Assembly: GCA_964291405.2 (NCBI GenBank)
Contig: OZ219924.1
Span: forward strand, 1-38,655
Direction: 5' to 3'
Length of the DNA stretch: 38,655 bases
DNA from: Thermodesulfobacteriota bacterium
GTDB lineage: Bacteria > Desulfobacterota > Binatia > Bin18
Shown here: in pieces, positions 37,327 through 38,655 of the stretch
Layout of the letters: each line of letters opens with the position of its first letter
Position numbering within the stretch: position 1 is the first letter of the stretch
Notes under the pieces: model-generated
What the model was told of the DNA's origin: nothing
The model's database searches: none
The model's input: the letters and a program-made list of their open reading frames with translations, nothing else
Position numbers and translations under genes: made by a program

Positions 37327-38016
37327 ATGTCTGATTCGTCTTCCCACACGCCCGGTTCTCCCCCCGGCAAGGTTGCGGCATTTTTTGATGTCGACAATAC
37401 CTTGATCCCCGGTCAATCCATTGAAATTCATTTCGTCCGGTATCTGTGGAAAACCGGTCTGTTATCCAATCGCGTGTTGGTCGACAGCGCACTGTATTTA
37501 CTGTTCAATATTCTCGAACTTTCCCTGAGGCCCCTGCGGGAACGAAAGATTTACCTGAGCAATAAGCGACCGGAAGGCATTGAGCCACTTGCGAAATGGT
37601 TTGTGCGGTCGGAGATCTGTCCCCGGCTGTCGCTGCAAGGAACCGCGGCCTTGGCCCAACATCAACAGGCCGGCCATCAGGTGGCCTTGGTCAGCGGCAC
37701 GCCGGAGTTCCTGATCAAACCCCTCGCGCATTATCTGGACGTCCCGAACATCCTGGCGGCACAGTTGGAAACCAATGAGGACGGCTACACGTGTCGGGTC
37801 CTGTCACCCTATCCGTACGGTGAAGGCAAGCGGCGTTTGCTCCAGACGTTCGCGGACAGTCACGGAGTGGACCTGGCGCAAAGCTACGCGTATGGCGACA
37901 GCCCCGGCGACATTCAGGCCCTGGAGTCCGTGGGGCATCCACTCGTGGTCAATCCCATTCGCGGGATGGCGAGGATCGCGCGCCGGCACCGGTGGCCCAC
38001 GACCTTGTGGGCGTAG
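37327..38016 (+). CDS. HAD-IB family hydrolase (SerB-like)
   Basis: AAFFDVDNTL motif I, LVSGT motif II, GEGK, AYGDS..D motif IV. Confidence 0.88.
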   Translation: MSDSSSHTPGSPPGKVAAFFDVDNTLIPGQSIEIHFVRYLWKTGLLSNRVLVDSALYLLFNILELSLRPLRERKIYLSNKRPEGIEPLAKWFVRSEICPRLSLQGTAALAQHQQAGHQVALVSGTPEFLIKPLAHYLDVPNILAAQLETNEDGYTCRVLSPYPYGEGKRRLLQTFADSHGVDLAQSYAYGDSPGDIQALESVGHPLVVNPIRGMARIARRHRWPTTLWA

Positions 38017-38052
38017 CGTCAGAAGCCAAAACATGAACAACCTGCTGAAGCG

Positions 38053-38655
38053 ATGACGACGCGAGTTCCCGCCTCTCCGCCAGCTCTGCGAATCACAGAA
38101 ATCTTTCATAGTATTCAGGGGGAATCCACCCGAGTGGGGGAACCCTGTGTCTTTGTTCGTTTGACGGGCTGTCCGCTCCGATGCACGTGGTGCGATACGG
38201 CGTATGCGTTTGACGGAGGGACCGACATGAGTCTCGATGCCGTAATGGATGAAGTCAAACAATACGGGTGTTCCCTGGTTGAAGTCACGGGCGGCGAGCC
38301 GCTGGCGCAGCCCGCGGCGTTTGAGCTGATTACGCGGCTATGCGAGGAAGGGTTCGACGTGCTCATCGAAACAAGCGGAGCCATCGACGTGACTCCGGTT
38401 GATTCCCGGGCAAGCGTCATTCTTGACGTCAAATGTCCCGGCAGTGAGATGGATGACCGTATGCATTGGGACAATCTGCGCCATCTCCGTCAGAACGATC
38501 AGGTGAAATTCGTCATCGGCGACCGGCAGGATTATGAGTGGGCCGTCGACGTGGTCAAGCGCTATGGCCTCACGGAAAAGTGTCCGGTGTTGTTCGGCCC
38601 GGTGTTCGCGACGGAAGGGAATGACGATCGGTGTTCCCTCCTGCGACCGATGGCG
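38053..38655 (+). CDS. queE: 7-carboxy-7-deazaguanine synthase QueE (radical SAM), runs off the right edge
   Basis: Manual translation: EIFHSIQGES..FVRLTGCPLRCTWCDTAY, VTGGEPL, IETSG, DVKCPGS. Confidence 0.9.
   Translation, partial: MTTRVPASPPALRITEIFHSIQGESTRVGEPCVFVRLTGCPLRCTWCDTAYAFDGGTDMSLDAVMDEVKQYGCSLVEVTGGEPLAQPAAFELITRLCEEGFDVLIETSGAIDVTPVDSRASVILDVKCPGSEMDDRMHWDNLRHLRQNDQVKFVIGDRQDYEWAVDVVKRYGLTEKCPVLFGPVFATEGNDDRCSLLRPMA

Noticed and set aside
1-38655. CRISPR array, integrase, transposase or prophage genes
   Set aside because: No regularly spaced repeat-spacer array and no recombinase, transposase or phage structural motifs were seen in any ORF.
38053-38655. queE as part of a 7-deazaguanine DNA-modification (Dpd) defence linked to BREX
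   Set aside because: It lies about 10 kb from BREX in a housekeeping context with no dpdA in the window; ordinary queuosine synthesis is more likely.

Overview
Bacterial chromosomal window of moderately high GC. The conserved hypotheticals and HEAT-repeat cluster resemble Nitrospirota, and the osmolyte genes suggest a salt-adapted lineage; both are inferences from recall, not a search. Left part: a partial hypothetical gene, an alkaline-phosphatase-superfamily protein with degenerate metal ligands, and five HEAT-repeat genes split by a glycine-betaine module (fused GSMT-SDMT methyltransferase plus BCCT transporter) flanked by small palindromic repeats. These are followed by ugd, tRNA-Gly(GCC), a hypothetical gene and a ChaN-family lipoprotein. 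Centre (about 15.05-28.2 kb, minus strand): a type 3 BREX-like anti-phage operon, HTH-brxF-brxC-[Schlafen/AlbA_2-HATPase-HTH]-pglXI-[DUF3644-like HEPN]-[apparent brxHII scar]-pglZ-brxA. The helicase seems to have been deleted, two candidate RNase genes sit inside the operon, and three 10-bp direct repeats overlap its promoter. Right part: a CDGSH Fe-S protein, a 57-aa membrane protein, tesA/ybbA/ybbP, a vapBC pair whose toxin has an internal amber stop, a four-lipoprotein CsgG/DUF4810/DUF799 operon, tRNA-Leu(GAG) with an inverted 16-bp copy of its 3' part downstream, a HAD-IB hydrolase and a partial queE. No integrase, transposase or CRISPR array was seen.
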